DNA from: a virus
Lineage: Duplodnaviria > Caudoviricetes
Virus record (IMG/VR): IMGVR_UViG_3300020576_003530
Coordinates: 1-64,000 of that record
Reading direction: 5' to 3' (one strand)
DNA: 64,000 bases
The position numbers were made by a program, and so were the translations under genes. Below are positions 20,644-30,388 of this stretch, in pieces; position 1 is the first letter of the stretch, and each line of letters starts with the position of its first letter. The notes under the pieces were generated by a model, which was not told where the DNA came from, ran no database searches, and saw nothing but the letters and a program-made list of their open reading frames with translations.

Positions 20644-21156
20644 GTGTTAATCTCTGATATGAACAATGAAATAGAGTCTTCCATCAACCCTACCTACTCT
20701 CATCAGTCTTATGGGCCAGATAAGAAATCTTGGGCTGATCTCAATAGTATTGCATGGGCACAGGTTAAAAAGTTTACAGGCGTCTCTCATGAAGACGCTG
20801 TCCAAGATGCTTGGCTAATCTTCCTCTCCAACTTCGACCATATTCGAAGTTCTGCCAACTACATGGTAAACTGTGTAAAATGGGCAGTCGGGAATCAGTT
20901 GGATGAACGTAAACGATGGAGTCAGGAAAAGGCTTATGTGGCACCAGCCAGCGAATTTTCCGACATGGATCTGTCCGACTATTCAGGCATACTAGAAAAT
21001 CCGACCAACACTTCAGACTTGGATCTCTTTTCAAAGTACACTTGGGGAAACTATACTTTGTCCGAACTGGGTAAACTTCATAACGATCACCCCTACAACG
21101 TTCAATTACGAATTGAAAATACACGCGGTCTGTTACGATCCCACCTAACAATGTAA
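20644..21156 (+). CDS. putative ECF/sigma70-like factor
   Basis: region-2-like 'HEDAVQDAWLIFL'; C-terminal HTH-like 'YTLSELGKLH...VQLRI'. Confidence 0.45.
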   Translation: MLISDMNNEIESSINPTYSHQSYGPDKKSWADLNSIAWAQVKKFTGVSHEDAVQDAWLIFLSNFDHIRSSANYMVNCVKWAVGNQLDERKRWSQEKAYVAPASEFSDMDLSDYSGILENPTNTSDLDLFSKYTWGNYTLSELGKLHNDHPYNVQLRIENTRGLLRSHLTM

Positions 21157-21428
21157 ATGGAGGACAATGAGCAGTTTAAGCGATTTACTAAAAATACGTA
21201 TCATTAGTGCTACTGAGGCTACAGTAAGTTATACCGATCATCGAGCATCAATAACAATTTCTTTACCCTGCAATGCCCTCATTTACGGTAAGATCATTCA
21301 AAATATGATTGGAGAGTCTTACTATATTGTGCATGAGGTCTATAGGGAAGAGGAAAAAACTGGCGTTGAATTTCAAACAATAGTTGTGCCCAAAGTGGCA
21401 TGTGAAATTTTACAAGTAGAGGAACAAA

Positions 21429-21980
21429 ATGAACTCGAAAATAGTTGAAGCAGTACTGGATTTCATGGCAGAAAAAGGTAAGACGCCTACGGTAATTAAG
21501 CGGGCTGACCTCCGCAATACTCTCTTCAGTCTTGTCGGTTCTAAGCCTGTCAGTGTGATTACGGTCACTACTCCTGCCATGAATAAGACAGGAAATCCCT
21601 ACTACGATAAGGTCCTCAAGGTCTCCAACACCTCTGGCATGGTTGGCTTCGACTATGAGGCCGCCATGGATAAGCGATTGGGCACAGATGACTTTGAGGC
21701 CTCCGAAACCTACTCTCAAGTTATCCTTAATGCTGGTCGCATGACCCCATTGTCCGAGCACAAAAAAGACCCTTCTCGAGTTTATCTTCGTATGATGAGT
21801 CGGGCTAGTAAGTCTAAGTATATCCATAAGGAAACGCAGCAGGAAATTCCGAAAGAAAGTTTGGAAGCTTGGATCAAAGCTAGCTCACCAAACCCGACAA
21901 ATTTTCGTCTCTTCGATCTTGCCAACATTCGGGCCATCAGTATTGCCGGCAAACTAAATCTCGTTAGTGACTCATTCTGA
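21429..21980 (+). CDS. conserved hypothetical phage protein
   Basis: GAGG RBS; 'MNKTGNPYY'. Confidence 0.5.
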   Translation: MNSKIVEAVLDFMAEKGKTPTVIKRADLRNTLFSLVGSKPVSVITVTTPAMNKTGNPYYDKVLKVSNTSGMVGFDYEAAMDKRLGTDDFEASETYSQVILNAGRMTPLSEHKKDPSRVYLRMMSRASKSKYIHKETQQEIPKESLEAWIKASSPNPTNFRLFDLANIRAISIAGKLNLVSDSF

Positions 21981-22065
21981 AGTAGGAATGGGTATGAGCG
22001 ATGATCTGTTTCATCGTTGTGTTTTCTTACATGGGTTTCATCCCAGAAAGGTTAGGTCTTTTCCT

Positions 22066-22374
22066 ATGGCTTTAAGTTTTCGCATTGTTTCTTCCGATTC
22101 GTTGCCTCCCGTTGCACGTAATGCTGGAGGTGGCCGTAAGAGTTCGGAAGAGTTGGAGGCAATGAGAGGTTTGGCGGAAGGTCAAACGGCCTTGTTTGAG
22201 ATCCCAGAAGGGGATGACTTTGAGACTGCTGTGAGCAGCCTGACCAACAAGGCTCAGGGGAAGAACAAGGATGGCATTCCCCGTGTAGGATATCAGGCGG
22301 AAGTCGAAGTCGATACCGCTAATCGTCAGGTCAGAGTGAAGCGTCCTGCGGCAGCCGCCACTCCTACTGAGTAA
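22066..22374 (+). CDS. hypothetical protein
   Basis: ORF followed by a terminator-like hairpin at about 22391-22427. Confidence 0.45.
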   Translation: MALSFRIVSSDSLPPVARNAGGGRKSSEELEAMRGLAEGQTALFEIPEGDDFETAVSSLTNKAQGKNKDGIPRVGYQAEVEVDTANRQVRVKRPAAAATPTE

Positions 22375-22440
22375 ATCCTGAGTAACTCATAGGGAAGGAG
22401 CCTTAGCGGGCTCCTCCTTATTTTTTACTTAAGGAGTGCG

Positions 22441-23220
22441 ATGCGGTTAGATCAATACCCTACGGAGGGCGGAGTCGTTCTGTTTAAAGGAGAATCGGGT
22501 TTAGATGGTAAGCCAGTGGTTGTGATTGCCACTCTGCAATCATCCAACGTCAAAACTGGCAATATGATTCAGACATGGTTTTTAAGGTCTGATATTAGTC
22601 CTATAGAGGCTGTCTCTAACAATGAGGACGTTTCAATATGCGGAGACTGCAAACATAGAGGTAGTCTTGGAAAGTCTCGTAGCTGCTATGTAAATGTGGG
22701 ACAGGCCCCACTGGGTATTTGGCGGGCATTTCAGGCTGGTAAGTACAAGGAAATGCGTTCAGAATGGGTGACCAAACTGTTTGGCGGGCGGCGTGTTCGT
22801 TTGGGTTCCTATGGTGACCCCTCAATCATTCCGTACGAAGTCCTACTACCCCTCGTTCAGGCCTCTGCTGGCTGGACTGGTTATACCCATCAGTGGAGTC
22901 GTTGTGATCAACGCTTTCGCTCCCTTTTGATGGCATCCGTTGACAGCCCATTAGAGCGTCACCAAGCCATTCTTGCTGGCTGGAGGACCTTCCGGGTCAG
23001 AGGGAAGGAGGAGCCCCTAGAGGGGCTGGAAATTGCCTGCCCAGCCAGTCCGGAAGGTGGAGAGCGAATGAGATGTGAGGACTGCTTGGCGTGTAGCGGT
23101 ACGCGGCTTGACCGAATGACCGCTCGGAATGCTGGCATTTCTATCATTGTTCATGGATCTGCCCCCAAACTTAGTGCTTGGAGCAAGAGAGAAAAATTTG
23201 AAGTCGGACCCCCTCTGTAA
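22441..23220 (+). CDS. Cys-rich conserved phage protein (possible Fe-S enzyme)
   Basis: 'ICGDCKHR...SCYV', 'RLGSYGDP', 'GYTHQW', 'CPAS...CEDCLAC'. Confidence 0.55.
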   Translation: MRLDQYPTEGGVVLFKGESGLDGKPVVVIATLQSSNVKTGNMIQTWFLRSDISPIEAVSNNEDVSICGDCKHRGSLGKSRSCYVNVGQAPLGIWRAFQAGKYKEMRSEWVTKLFGGRRVRLGSYGDPSIIPYEVLLPLVQASAGWTGYTHQWSRCDQRFRSLLMASVDSPLERHQAILAGWRTFRVRGKEEPLEGLEIACPASPEGGERMRCEDCLACSGTRLDRMTARNAGISIIVHGSAPKLSAWSKREKFEVGPPL

Positions 23221-23549
23221 AAGTTTAAAACCCTCTTCGAAAGAAATTCCAAAAAATCTTTCGGATCGACCAGCATGGCTGTTTTCGAAGGCGGTAACAA
23301 TATTCAAGTTAACGGCTTCTTGCTTCGCAACAAGCCTACCAAAGGCTCCAAGACGTACAGGTTTGAGCGTTAGCGAAAACCTAAAGGCCTTTCATGGAAA
23401 ATAGATGTAGCTGTTTTAATTACTTTATACAGTAATACATTGCAATTAGTGAGTATGAATATACTGTATCAGATGATTGAAAGAGAATAGAAAGCATAAG
23501 ACAGGTAAGATTGAATCAATAGTCTTTGCCCGGTTTTAAGGAGTTCGGT

Positions 23550-24227
23550 ATGATTAACTCAGATCTAGTTGAAGTTGTGGAGTCTCTCGGTTCCCATTAT
23601 CGATGGAATTTTGCCACAACTGATAAAGTCATCAAAGATCTCTTCCGTCAATACTCCTCCCTAATTGACGGGCAGCATGTTCGAACCTATCATAATCTAC
23701 AACACATTTATGTGGGTCTTAATCTGATTGAGGAGCATTTGCATACTGGACAAGCAAATATTTTTGCCATGCAATCTGCTTGGCTATTCCACGATTACTA
23801 TTACTCTGTTAAACATAGTGATACAAACGAAGTTAATAGTGCTCGAGCAGCAATGTGTGTTACTGGTCTTGACATCATTACTGAGCTAATCATGGCAACT
23901 AAGCATGATAAGGTAGCAATGACCTATCCTTCACAGTTCATTCAAGATATCGATCTTGCAACCTTTGCCTGCGAGGACCACCAATACTGGTCTGACTTAG
24001 TCAGAATGGAATATGCAGGCTATTCGGATGCCGACTTCTATAAAGGGCGGATTGAGTTTCTCAATAAGTTAATGAAGCTCAAAAACAATAAATTGTTTAG
24101 TACGAGCCACTTCTCCCGCTTCAATGACATTGCACGCAAAAATATTGATCAGCAATTGGATCATGCGGAACTGCAAATCAAACGAAGTAAGAGTGGTATT
24201 AGTTCCCCATATTTGGTTCTTCTGTAA
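23550..24227 (+). CDS. HD-superfamily metal-dependent phosphohydrolase
   Basis: 'RTYHNLQH', 'LFHD', 'ATKH', 'DIDL', 'VRMEY'. Confidence 0.75.
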   Translation: MINSDLVEVVESLGSHYRWNFATTDKVIKDLFRQYSSLIDGQHVRTYHNLQHIYVGLNLIEEHLHTGQANIFAMQSAWLFHDYYYSVKHSDTNEVNSARAAMCVTGLDIITELIMATKHDKVAMTYPSQFIQDIDLATFACEDHQYWSDLVRMEYAGYSDADFYKGRIEFLNKLMKLKNNKLFSTSHFSRFNDIARKNIDQQLDHAELQIKRSKSGISSPYLVLL

Positions 24228-24634
24228 TGCTCGAACATAAAAAGTTTGATAACCTCATAGTAATTGCATCCAACATGATGCCCTATTTGGATCAGGCCAG
24301 CAAGAAACACTTCTCATTCATACTGAGGGGGCCTTCAATTCTGGCGGTCGGTATCAATAACCCGTATAGAACACATCCTCTGTCTCGACGCTATGGCACC
24401 ATCATGGAGGGCGTGCATTCAGAACTAGCCGCTTTCATTAAAGTTCGACATATTGCTGATTTATCAAGGTGCTCACTTGTCAATCTTCGTCTTAGTTGGA
24501 CAGATGTAAAAAGGATCAAAAACCGCTCAATAGTTGTTTCGCAATCAAAACCATGCTGTAAATGCCTCCCATGGGTGACCGATGTATTTGGTAGGATATT
24601 TTACTCCACTAATAAAGGATTTGAAGAATTATGA
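24227..24634 (+). CDS. zinc-dependent nucleoside/nucleotide deaminase-like protein
   Basis: 'VHSELAA' and 'KPCCKC' (HxE...PCxxC). Confidence 0.7.
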   Translation: MLEHKKFDNLIVIASNMMPYLDQASKKHFSFILRGPSILAVGINNPYRTHPLSRRYGTIMEGVHSELAAFIKVRHIADLSRCSLVNLRLSWTDVKRIKNRSIVVSQSKPCCKCLPWVTDVFGRIFYSTNKGFEEL

Positions 24635-25016
24635 AAACTGTACGAATTAAGAAGGATGAGTTGATCGCGGTCATTAAGGCTAATAGGGAAAGTCATTGGA
24701 ATGATTACAGAGAAGCCTACGGTAAATTCCTAAAACAGGGAAAAGAATTACTTGCAAAACGGCACGATGAATTTGTTCATTGTATGCCATCTCTAACTTT
24801 AAACTTCTCAATTACTGCCCCTCTTAACTATCTTCACCAGTATGATCGAATTCTCGAGATGCTGGCCATGGAGACTGAATCAACTGTCACGCTCGATCAG
24901 ACTGAATTCCGCCAGTATGTTCAGGATGACTGGGCTTGGAAGGACTCTTATAACTCAAGTAAGATTGGATATGCCTAATAAAAGATAAAATGGGGAAAGT
25001 CTAACTTTCCCTCATC

Positions 25017-25087
25017 TGTCCCATAGTGTAACGGTAGCACAGCGGTTTTTGAAACCGTTAGATCAAGTTCAAATCTTGATGGGATAA
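25017..25087 (+). tRNA. tRNA-Gln(TTG)
   Basis: acceptor TGTCCCA/TGGGATA, anticodon arm GCGGT-TTTTGAA-ACCGT, T arm TCAAG-TTCAAAT-CTTGA. Confidence 0.85.
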
Positions 25088-25120
25088 TTTGTAGTACTGA
25101 TAGACCTATCATCCTTCTAC

Positions 25121-26749
25121 TCAGGCTATAGTCCTTCTAATGATCAACTTATTCTTGCCAGACTTTGATCCCAACCGCTGATTATTGGGACTGGTCGGAA
25201 TCGGGCTAATCGGCGGCACTAACCCATTAATATAACTATTCACATAGTTAACAATCCACATCAGTTTATCTTTGTCTGACTGAGATTCTGACGCGGCATC
25301 TGTCCACATGTTAAACTCACGAATGCCGAGATTGTAACAGGCAATAATTGCGTTTGCCGTATTTTCCTTAGTATGATTGTAAATACCAGTTCCATTGATG
25401 ATTGGATAAGATCCTTCAACATAGGAAATCCAAGGAATTACTGGTTTAGTTGTGCCATAAGTACAAGCAGCAATGTTGTACTTACATGATTCAACATATG
25501 CCTGATCAACAGTAAGACCGCCCTGATTATACACCAACGTCATTGCCGCTTTTGATGGATACAAAACAGGCGAAGATGCGTCGGCGGCCAAACACTCGTG
25601 ATTTCGATAGTCCGGACTGATATAGTAAGTATTACTTTCAGTAAAGCCCTGAGCGTATAAATATGGTTGATTTGGATTCTTAGCTGAAACACAATCGTAG
25701 TTATTGTGCTCTAAGTATGGCATATACTGACGACCAACAGAGTAGAATGATCGATCAAGAGCATAATCGTGGATATCAAACCACGTTTCATTGTACCATC
25801 TAGAAATTCCACTATTAGCAACCGTTCTCACATCTTGATTAGAAGTTAGTGGTTGACGACCTTCATCTGCGTCAGATAGTGGATGTGCTTGCAACACTTC
25901 TGCTGGAAACAAATCTGGATTAATTCTATATACGACCGGCTCTGTCGCATAGCGAGCGTCAGCCTCAATATTTCTTTTCACACCCTTAGTGTTAGTTGCC
26001 TCATGCCAAGTACGTTGATCGGGAATCTGTTCTACGTCTGAGTGATTATGAGCAGGATAACACAGTTGAATTGGCGTTACTGAGCCAGATGGGTAATAGT
26101 TGTCCAGCTTAGACTTAAGCGTCTTAAAGAAGATATGTGCGACCTCTTGACACTCTTTAATGCCACTTGCCACAAACATCGAGGTAAGACTAAATGAGAC
26201 TCCGGTCAGACTGCTTGCGACCGATCCATCATAAGGATTTCTAGCATTACCAGTTGTAAAGATGCCTACTGAAAATGGACTGGTCGATGAAACAGAGTCC
26301 TTTTGATTACACATCAAAACGCAAAAATTGTTTGCGGCAGTATTAGAGATTGGGCCAAAATCTCTGATCATGAAGGCCCCGTCATAATCACCATTGCCGT
26401 ATGCTCCTGAGCCCCTTAGGAATCCCTGAGCATATTGATAGTCTGCAAAGTTTTGTGCGGCATAATTGCAGTAATACTGGATAGTACTACTAGCCAATGG
26501 ATAACCAGTAACAGCAACCACTCCAGTATGAGCAGGAAACCCTGCGGCTCTAAAATAGTTTGGTAGGGCTAAATCCAGCTTACAAATTGGGGCAACATTT
26601 ACATCACGCCATAATGAGTCAAATCTACCTGTGGGTTCGGTCCAGCAATAAAAACGGACTGGTGAGGCTGTAAGAGAACCTTCTGTAAATGGATTCGAGT
26701 ATGATCCACTCGTATTGTATATTGGAATTGATTTAACGTTGTTGGCCAT
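25121..26749 (-). CDS. large hypothetical protein, possibly with a C-terminal TIM-barrel glycosidase-like domain; only convincing minus-strand gene
   Basis: 542 aa ORF; 'SSPVLYP...PVIPWISY...GIREFNMW'; GTGTAT motif just upstream. Confidence 0.55.
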   Translation of the reverse strand: MANNVKSIPIYNTSGSYSNPFTEGSLTASPVRFYCWTEPTGRFDSLWRDVNVAPICKLDLALPNYFRAAGFPAHTGVVAVTGYPLASSTIQYYCNYAAQNFADYQYAQGFLRGSGAYGNGDYDGAFMIRDFGPISNTAANNFCVLMCNQKDSVSSTSPFSVGIFTTGNARNPYDGSVASSLTGVSFSLTSMFVASGIKECQEVAHIFFKTLKSKLDNYYPSGSVTPIQLCYPAHNHSDVEQIPDQRTWHEATNTKGVKRNIEADARYATEPVVYRINPDLFPAEVLQAHPLSDADEGRQPLTSNQDVRTVANSGISRWYNETWFDIHDYALDRSFYSVGRQYMPYLEHNNYDCVSAKNPNQPYLYAQGFTESNTYYISPDYRNHECLAADASSPVLYPSKAAMTLVYNQGGLTVDQAYVESCKYNIAACTYGTTKPVIPWISYVEGSYPIINGTGIYNHTKENTANAIIACYNLGIREFNMWTDAASESQSDKDKLMWIVNYVNSYINGLVPPISPIPTSPNNQRLGSKSGKNKLIIRRTIA

Positions 26750-26789
26750 ATCTAATTAATACACGATCAATGATCAAGGAATCCTTCAT

Positions 26790-27662
26790 ATGAGAACTTT
26801 TGCGGACTATTATCATGAAGCTGACTATATCGCCATCTGCGGTTCCCGCTTATTTGGATATGCCGGTCCTACTTCTGACTACGATAAAATTGGATTTATA
26901 GTGCCCGATCTAGATGTCTTATTCGGGTACCGTCAGTTCCACAACATCTCTGATACAGAATCGGACACCACAATTTATAGTTTGTTGGCATTTATCAATG
27001 GTATCATTAAGGGTGACAGTAAAAACTTTGAGTCCCTTTGGTCTAATCAAATAGTGCAAATAAGCCACGTTGGTGGCGTCATCTGTTCTATTCGTGAGCT
27101 GTTCGTATCCCAAACACTCCTTCGCTCAATGTATGGTTTCGCTCTGTCCGAGATCAATAAGGCTCAGGCCATTGAGCGTAAAATTGTAATGCCTAGCCAG
27201 AGTGATCAGGAAGTTTGGAACCTCTTTGTTGGCCGGTTTCAGATCACCAAGGATAAAATTAAGCAGATCACCGAAATCCTCTTTGATGATGGGATCTTTA
27301 AGGAATCCACTACTGTTGAACGAATTGGTGGTACTCGTAAAGATTCCTATCTTACTCATGGATACTGCGTTAAAAATGCATGCAACGCTATTAGACTCCT
27401 TCATCAGGCTATCGAGCTGGAAGAGACGGGCAAACTAACCTTCCCCTCTTCTCACATTGAGACCTATCGTCAAATTCGAGCAGGAATAACCACCCTTCCT
27501 GAGGTAATGCTTATGTATAAAGAACTTACCGACAAAGTGGGCGGATTACTAGTTTCCAGTAAATTACCTCGCAAACCTCAGTCTGAACAAATCTATAAAA
27601 CTTACGAAGAGATTGCTTCTCGTAAGGTTATGCGGTGTATAGACCAATATGAAAGAAATTAA
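26790..27662 (+). CDS. Pol-beta superfamily nucleotidyltransferase (RlaP-like)
   Basis: 'GSRLFGYAGPTSDYD' (GS..DxD) and 'KNACNAIRLL'. Confidence 0.8.
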   Translation: MRTFADYYHEADYIAICGSRLFGYAGPTSDYDKIGFIVPDLDVLFGYRQFHNISDTESDTTIYSLLAFINGIIKGDSKNFESLWSNQIVQISHVGGVICSIRELFVSQTLLRSMYGFALSEINKAQAIERKIVMPSQSDQEVWNLFVGRFQITKDKIKQITEILFDDGIFKESTTVERIGGTRKDSYLTHGYCVKNACNAIRLLHQAIELEETGKLTFPSSHIETYRQIRAGITTLPEVMLMYKELTDKVGGLLVSSKLPRKPQSEQIYKTYEEIASRKVMRCIDQYERN

Positions 27663-28482
27663 AGCCTCTAACACTCAGTCTGTGGGAACTTCAAAGTCTG
27701 ACATGATTGCTCTTCCTTTCCAACTTCACTGGGCTGGTACTGGCGTTCCTGGCAGCGTTGACCGTTTTACTACTGGCAATGTAGAGGTTAAACGAGACAC
27801 TGCAATTTTCTATCATCAAGATCTGTTCAAAGATGGTTTCTTAGACATTGAGACCTTACAGATTGCCGCAAATAGTAAGGTTGGAAAAACCACCAAGTAC
27901 ATTTTGTTTGATGCTGAATTTCTAATTGGTCTCAAAGATCGTCAGGCTTCAAAAGATCTTATCCTTGCAGCACTCGAAAATATTCGAGCAGTCTGTCCAG
28001 CTCAGTTAATCGGTATTACTGGCGACGATATCGGCTTTAACTATTTCGACGACTCAATCAGCCCTCTTCCATGGATGAACTTCCACGATGAGTTTGAAGA
28101 GGTTTATGCCGCCTTCTCCTTCATCTGCCCTCAATGGTACTTTACGCAAGTTGGCGGCAAGGATGTTCCAACCGACAGACAGGGTCGCTGGCTAGACGGT
28201 CAAACTCTCGAGTTTATGCGATTTAGCCGTACTCCCATCTATCCTCTCGCATGGCTTCGTTATCATGAGGTAAATAAGACGGCAGGATTGACCCACCTCA
28301 ACTTTGAAGACTCTAAGAAGGTTGTCAATACGGCCAAGCGGTTTAAAATCGACAAGATCTTCCTGTGGGACCACTTCACTGATGACTACATGGGAAGTAA
28401 AATTAAAGTATCCGATATTCTAACAGGTTATGAGACGTATTTTAAAACCACATTACCTGCGGCGGCAAAAGGTTTAATCTAA
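27649..28482 (+). CDS. hypothetical protein, possibly glycoside-hydrolase-like TIM barrel
   Basis: 'ILFDAE', 'FICPQWY', 'PIYPLAWLRYH', 'KIFLW' strand pattern. Confidence 0.35.
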   Translation: MKEIKASNTQSVGTSKSDMIALPFQLHWAGTGVPGSVDRFTTGNVEVKRDTAIFYHQDLFKDGFLDIETLQIAANSKVGKTTKYILFDAEFLIGLKDRQASKDLILAALENIRAVCPAQLIGITGDDIGFNYFDDSISPLPWMNFHDEFEEVYAAFSFICPQWYFTQVGGKDVPTDRQGRWLDGQTLEFMRFSRTPIYPLAWLRYHEVNKTAGLTHLNFEDSKKVVNTAKRFKIDKIFLWDHFTDDYMGSKIKVSDILTGYETYFKTTLPAAAKGLI

Positions 28483-28502
28483 CAAAAAAAGGAGTCTCGT
28501 TC

Positions 28503-28637
28503 ATGTTGCTAACAATTATTGGTGCGGTTACTGTGTATGTGGTGGGAATCGTTACTGGCCTACTTATTGGTCGTAAGAATAAGGTCGGTACTGAACTCTT
28601 GGTCAATAAGGCTAATGAGGTCATTAAGAAGAAATAA
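28503..28637 (+). CDS. 44-aa single-TM protein with basic tail
   Basis: AAGGAG RBS; MLLTIIGAVTVYVVGIVTGLLIGRKNK...KKK. Confidence 0.5.
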   Translation: MLLTIIGAVTVYVVGIVTGLLIGRKNKVGTELLVNKANEVIKKK

Positions 28638-28719
28638 GTAGGATGTAAATATTTCACGCATCTTACAACGGGATTGACATCCCGTTTTTTTATCAAAAAG
28701 TGTATATAATCAGTACCTT

Positions 28720-28791
28720 GGGTCGGTAGCTCAGCGGTAGAGCGTTCGTTTATTGATCAAATAGTCGTGAGTTCGAATCTCACCCCTCCCC
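28720..28791 (+). pseudogene. degenerate tRNA-like element
   Basis: intact D arm (GCTC/GAGC) and T arm (GTGAG-TTCGAAT-CTCAC), but mismatched acceptor and anticodon stems. Confidence 0.7.
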
Positions 28792-28793
28792 TT

Positions 28794-29264
28794 ATGGCAA
28801 AAATCTGTCAAAAATGCGGTGCAAAATTTAAAACAGCAAAAATAATTGATGGTAAGACAAGAAATTTTTCGCATAGAAAATTATGCCTTGAATGTTCCCC
28901 GTTTAATAGTAAAAATACAAGACCAAATGGTGTCCTAAAACCAGAAGAAAAAATTGGACATCAAAAATGGTTAAAGAGAAATAGAAGTAAGTCAGTAACA
29001 AAATGGCGAAGACGCACCAAGCTCAAACTTATTTTATATAAAGGTGGTAAGTGTCAAAAATGTGGCTATAACAAATCTTGTTTAGGTGCATACGACTTTC
29101 ATCATCGTGATCCAAGTAATAAAAAATTTCATATCAACACAAGAAACATTAAAAGTTGGGCCAGATTAATTGAAGAAGTAGACAAATGTGATTTGTTGTG
29201 TAGAAATTGTCACGCAGAAACACATTATGGTTTTCTAGAGCACGATATGTCAATCAGTGTATGA
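28794..29264 (+). CDS. HNH endonuclease (homing-type)
   Basis: 'KGGKCQKCGY...DFHHRDP...KCDLLCRNCHAETH'; N-terminal CxxC...CxxC; AT-rich. Confidence 0.85.
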   Translation: MAKICQKCGAKFKTAKIIDGKTRNFSHRKLCLECSPFNSKNTRPNGVLKPEEKIGHQKWLKRNRSKSVTKWRRRTKLKLILYKGGKCQKCGYNKSCLGAYDFHHRDPSNKKFHINTRNIKSWARLIEEVDKCDLLCRNCHAETHYGFLEHDMSISV

Positions 29265-29389
29265 AAATACACAGACTAATTTTAATGACAAGTAAGTACG
29301 ATTGATAATACCAAGCGTCAAAATGCTTATATAAATTCAATCCCAATACTGTCCTTTAATAAATCATCCTAACTTGCTGGAACCCTTCC

Positions 29390-29722
29390 ATGAAGATTCA
29401 TTTATTACTCTCTTCCATTCTTTCTAGCTGGCTCGTTTATCCGTGGTCCAAAGCTAACTATACAAGTTGGACACTATGTTATTTTGACGGAGATGCTCAT
29501 TTTGTTAAATTGACAAGATATAGTGAATATTTTAGTCGTAGATTTAATCACTTTGAAGATTTGTCGCCTCAAGAGGATGCGGATACAATAATAAATACAC
29601 TGGGGCGTTTACCAAAAGGTAGTAGTCCTCGATATACTATTATTAATTCTGAAAAGTTTTTAGTAATATCGACTAGAGACCAAGAAAAATATCCCATTGA
29701 AACATGCGAAAGTCATAAATGA
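29390..29722 (+). CDS. MKI-leader family protein, subfamily A
   Basis: MKIHLLL; shares ANYTxWTLC, FEDL and YPIET with 29719..30114. Confidence 0.6.
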   Translation: MKIHLLLSSILSSWLVYPWSKANYTSWTLCYFDGDAHFVKLTRYSEYFSRRFNHFEDLSPQEDADTIINTLGRLPKGSSPRYTIINSEKFLVISTRDQEKYPIETCESHK

Positions 29723-30114
29723 ACATCCGTCTTTTACTCAAAGACCACATCAAAATTCACTGGCATGCTGCTAACTATACTGACTGGACGCTCTGCCGTT
29801 TCCCAACAGGCAATATCTACATCAAAAAGACTAAAAGTGATCAATATAAAAGTTCACGATATGGCAGATTTGAAGACCTGAACGGAAAAGCTATTAATGG
29901 ATTATTTGCACGTATTAGCAATATTATATGCGACAATCCCAGTAAAACAGTCCATCTCATATTAAATCCTACCACTGAATCTCTCATTTATACAAGCATG
30001 TATGACTCATATCCAATTGAGACCGTAGAAAGTGTAGAAAAAGAATGCGTAGAAGAATGGAAGGCCTTGGAGATATATTGTTATGCAAATAGGACTTCTA
30101 CTCAAACATATTGA
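29719..30114 (+). CDS. MKI-leader family protein, subfamily A
   Basis: MNIRLLL; paralog of the preceding gene. Confidence 0.6.
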   Translation: MNIRLLLKDHIKIHWHAANYTDWTLCRFPTGNIYIKKTKSDQYKSSRYGRFEDLNGKAINGLFARISNIICDNPSKTVHLILNPTTESLIYTSMYDSYPIETVESVEKECVEEWKALEIYCYANRTSTQTY

Positions 30115-30379
30115 TTTGACTGCATTTGCAGTCTATACCATCGACAATATGCATACTATGCCATTTGATAAGTGGTGCCGAGTAGAACAAATTAACATGT
30201 ATCGTACAAAATTGAATAGATATAAAACACCATTAATTGAAAGTAGTTTAGCAAAAACTGGCGATATCAAAAGTTGTGTACGATCGTACGGTGATCAAGT
30301 GTGGGCTCCATATTGGATTGTTAACTTTGAAGATCGGCTTATTATTCGTACATCAAATCCAAATATTAAACCTGCCTGA
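30083..30379 (+). CDS. MKI-leader family protein, subfamily B
   Basis: MQIGLLLKHIDLTAF...SNPNI. Confidence 0.6.
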   Translation: MQIGLLLKHIDLTAFAVYTIDNMHTMPFDKWCRVEQINMYRTKLNRYKTPLIESSLAKTGDIKSCVRSYGDQVWAPYWIVNFEDRLIIRTSNPNIKPA

Positions 30380-30388
30380 TCTCCCTCC

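Noticed and set aside
23221-23373. in-frame open stretch after the TAA of 22441..23220 (possible readthrough)
   Set aside because: no supporting motif; could be chance or a small separate ORF
28674-28710. sigma70 promoter TTGACA...TATAAT
   Set aside because: spacing is 25 nt and the TTGACA lies in a terminator-like hairpin loop
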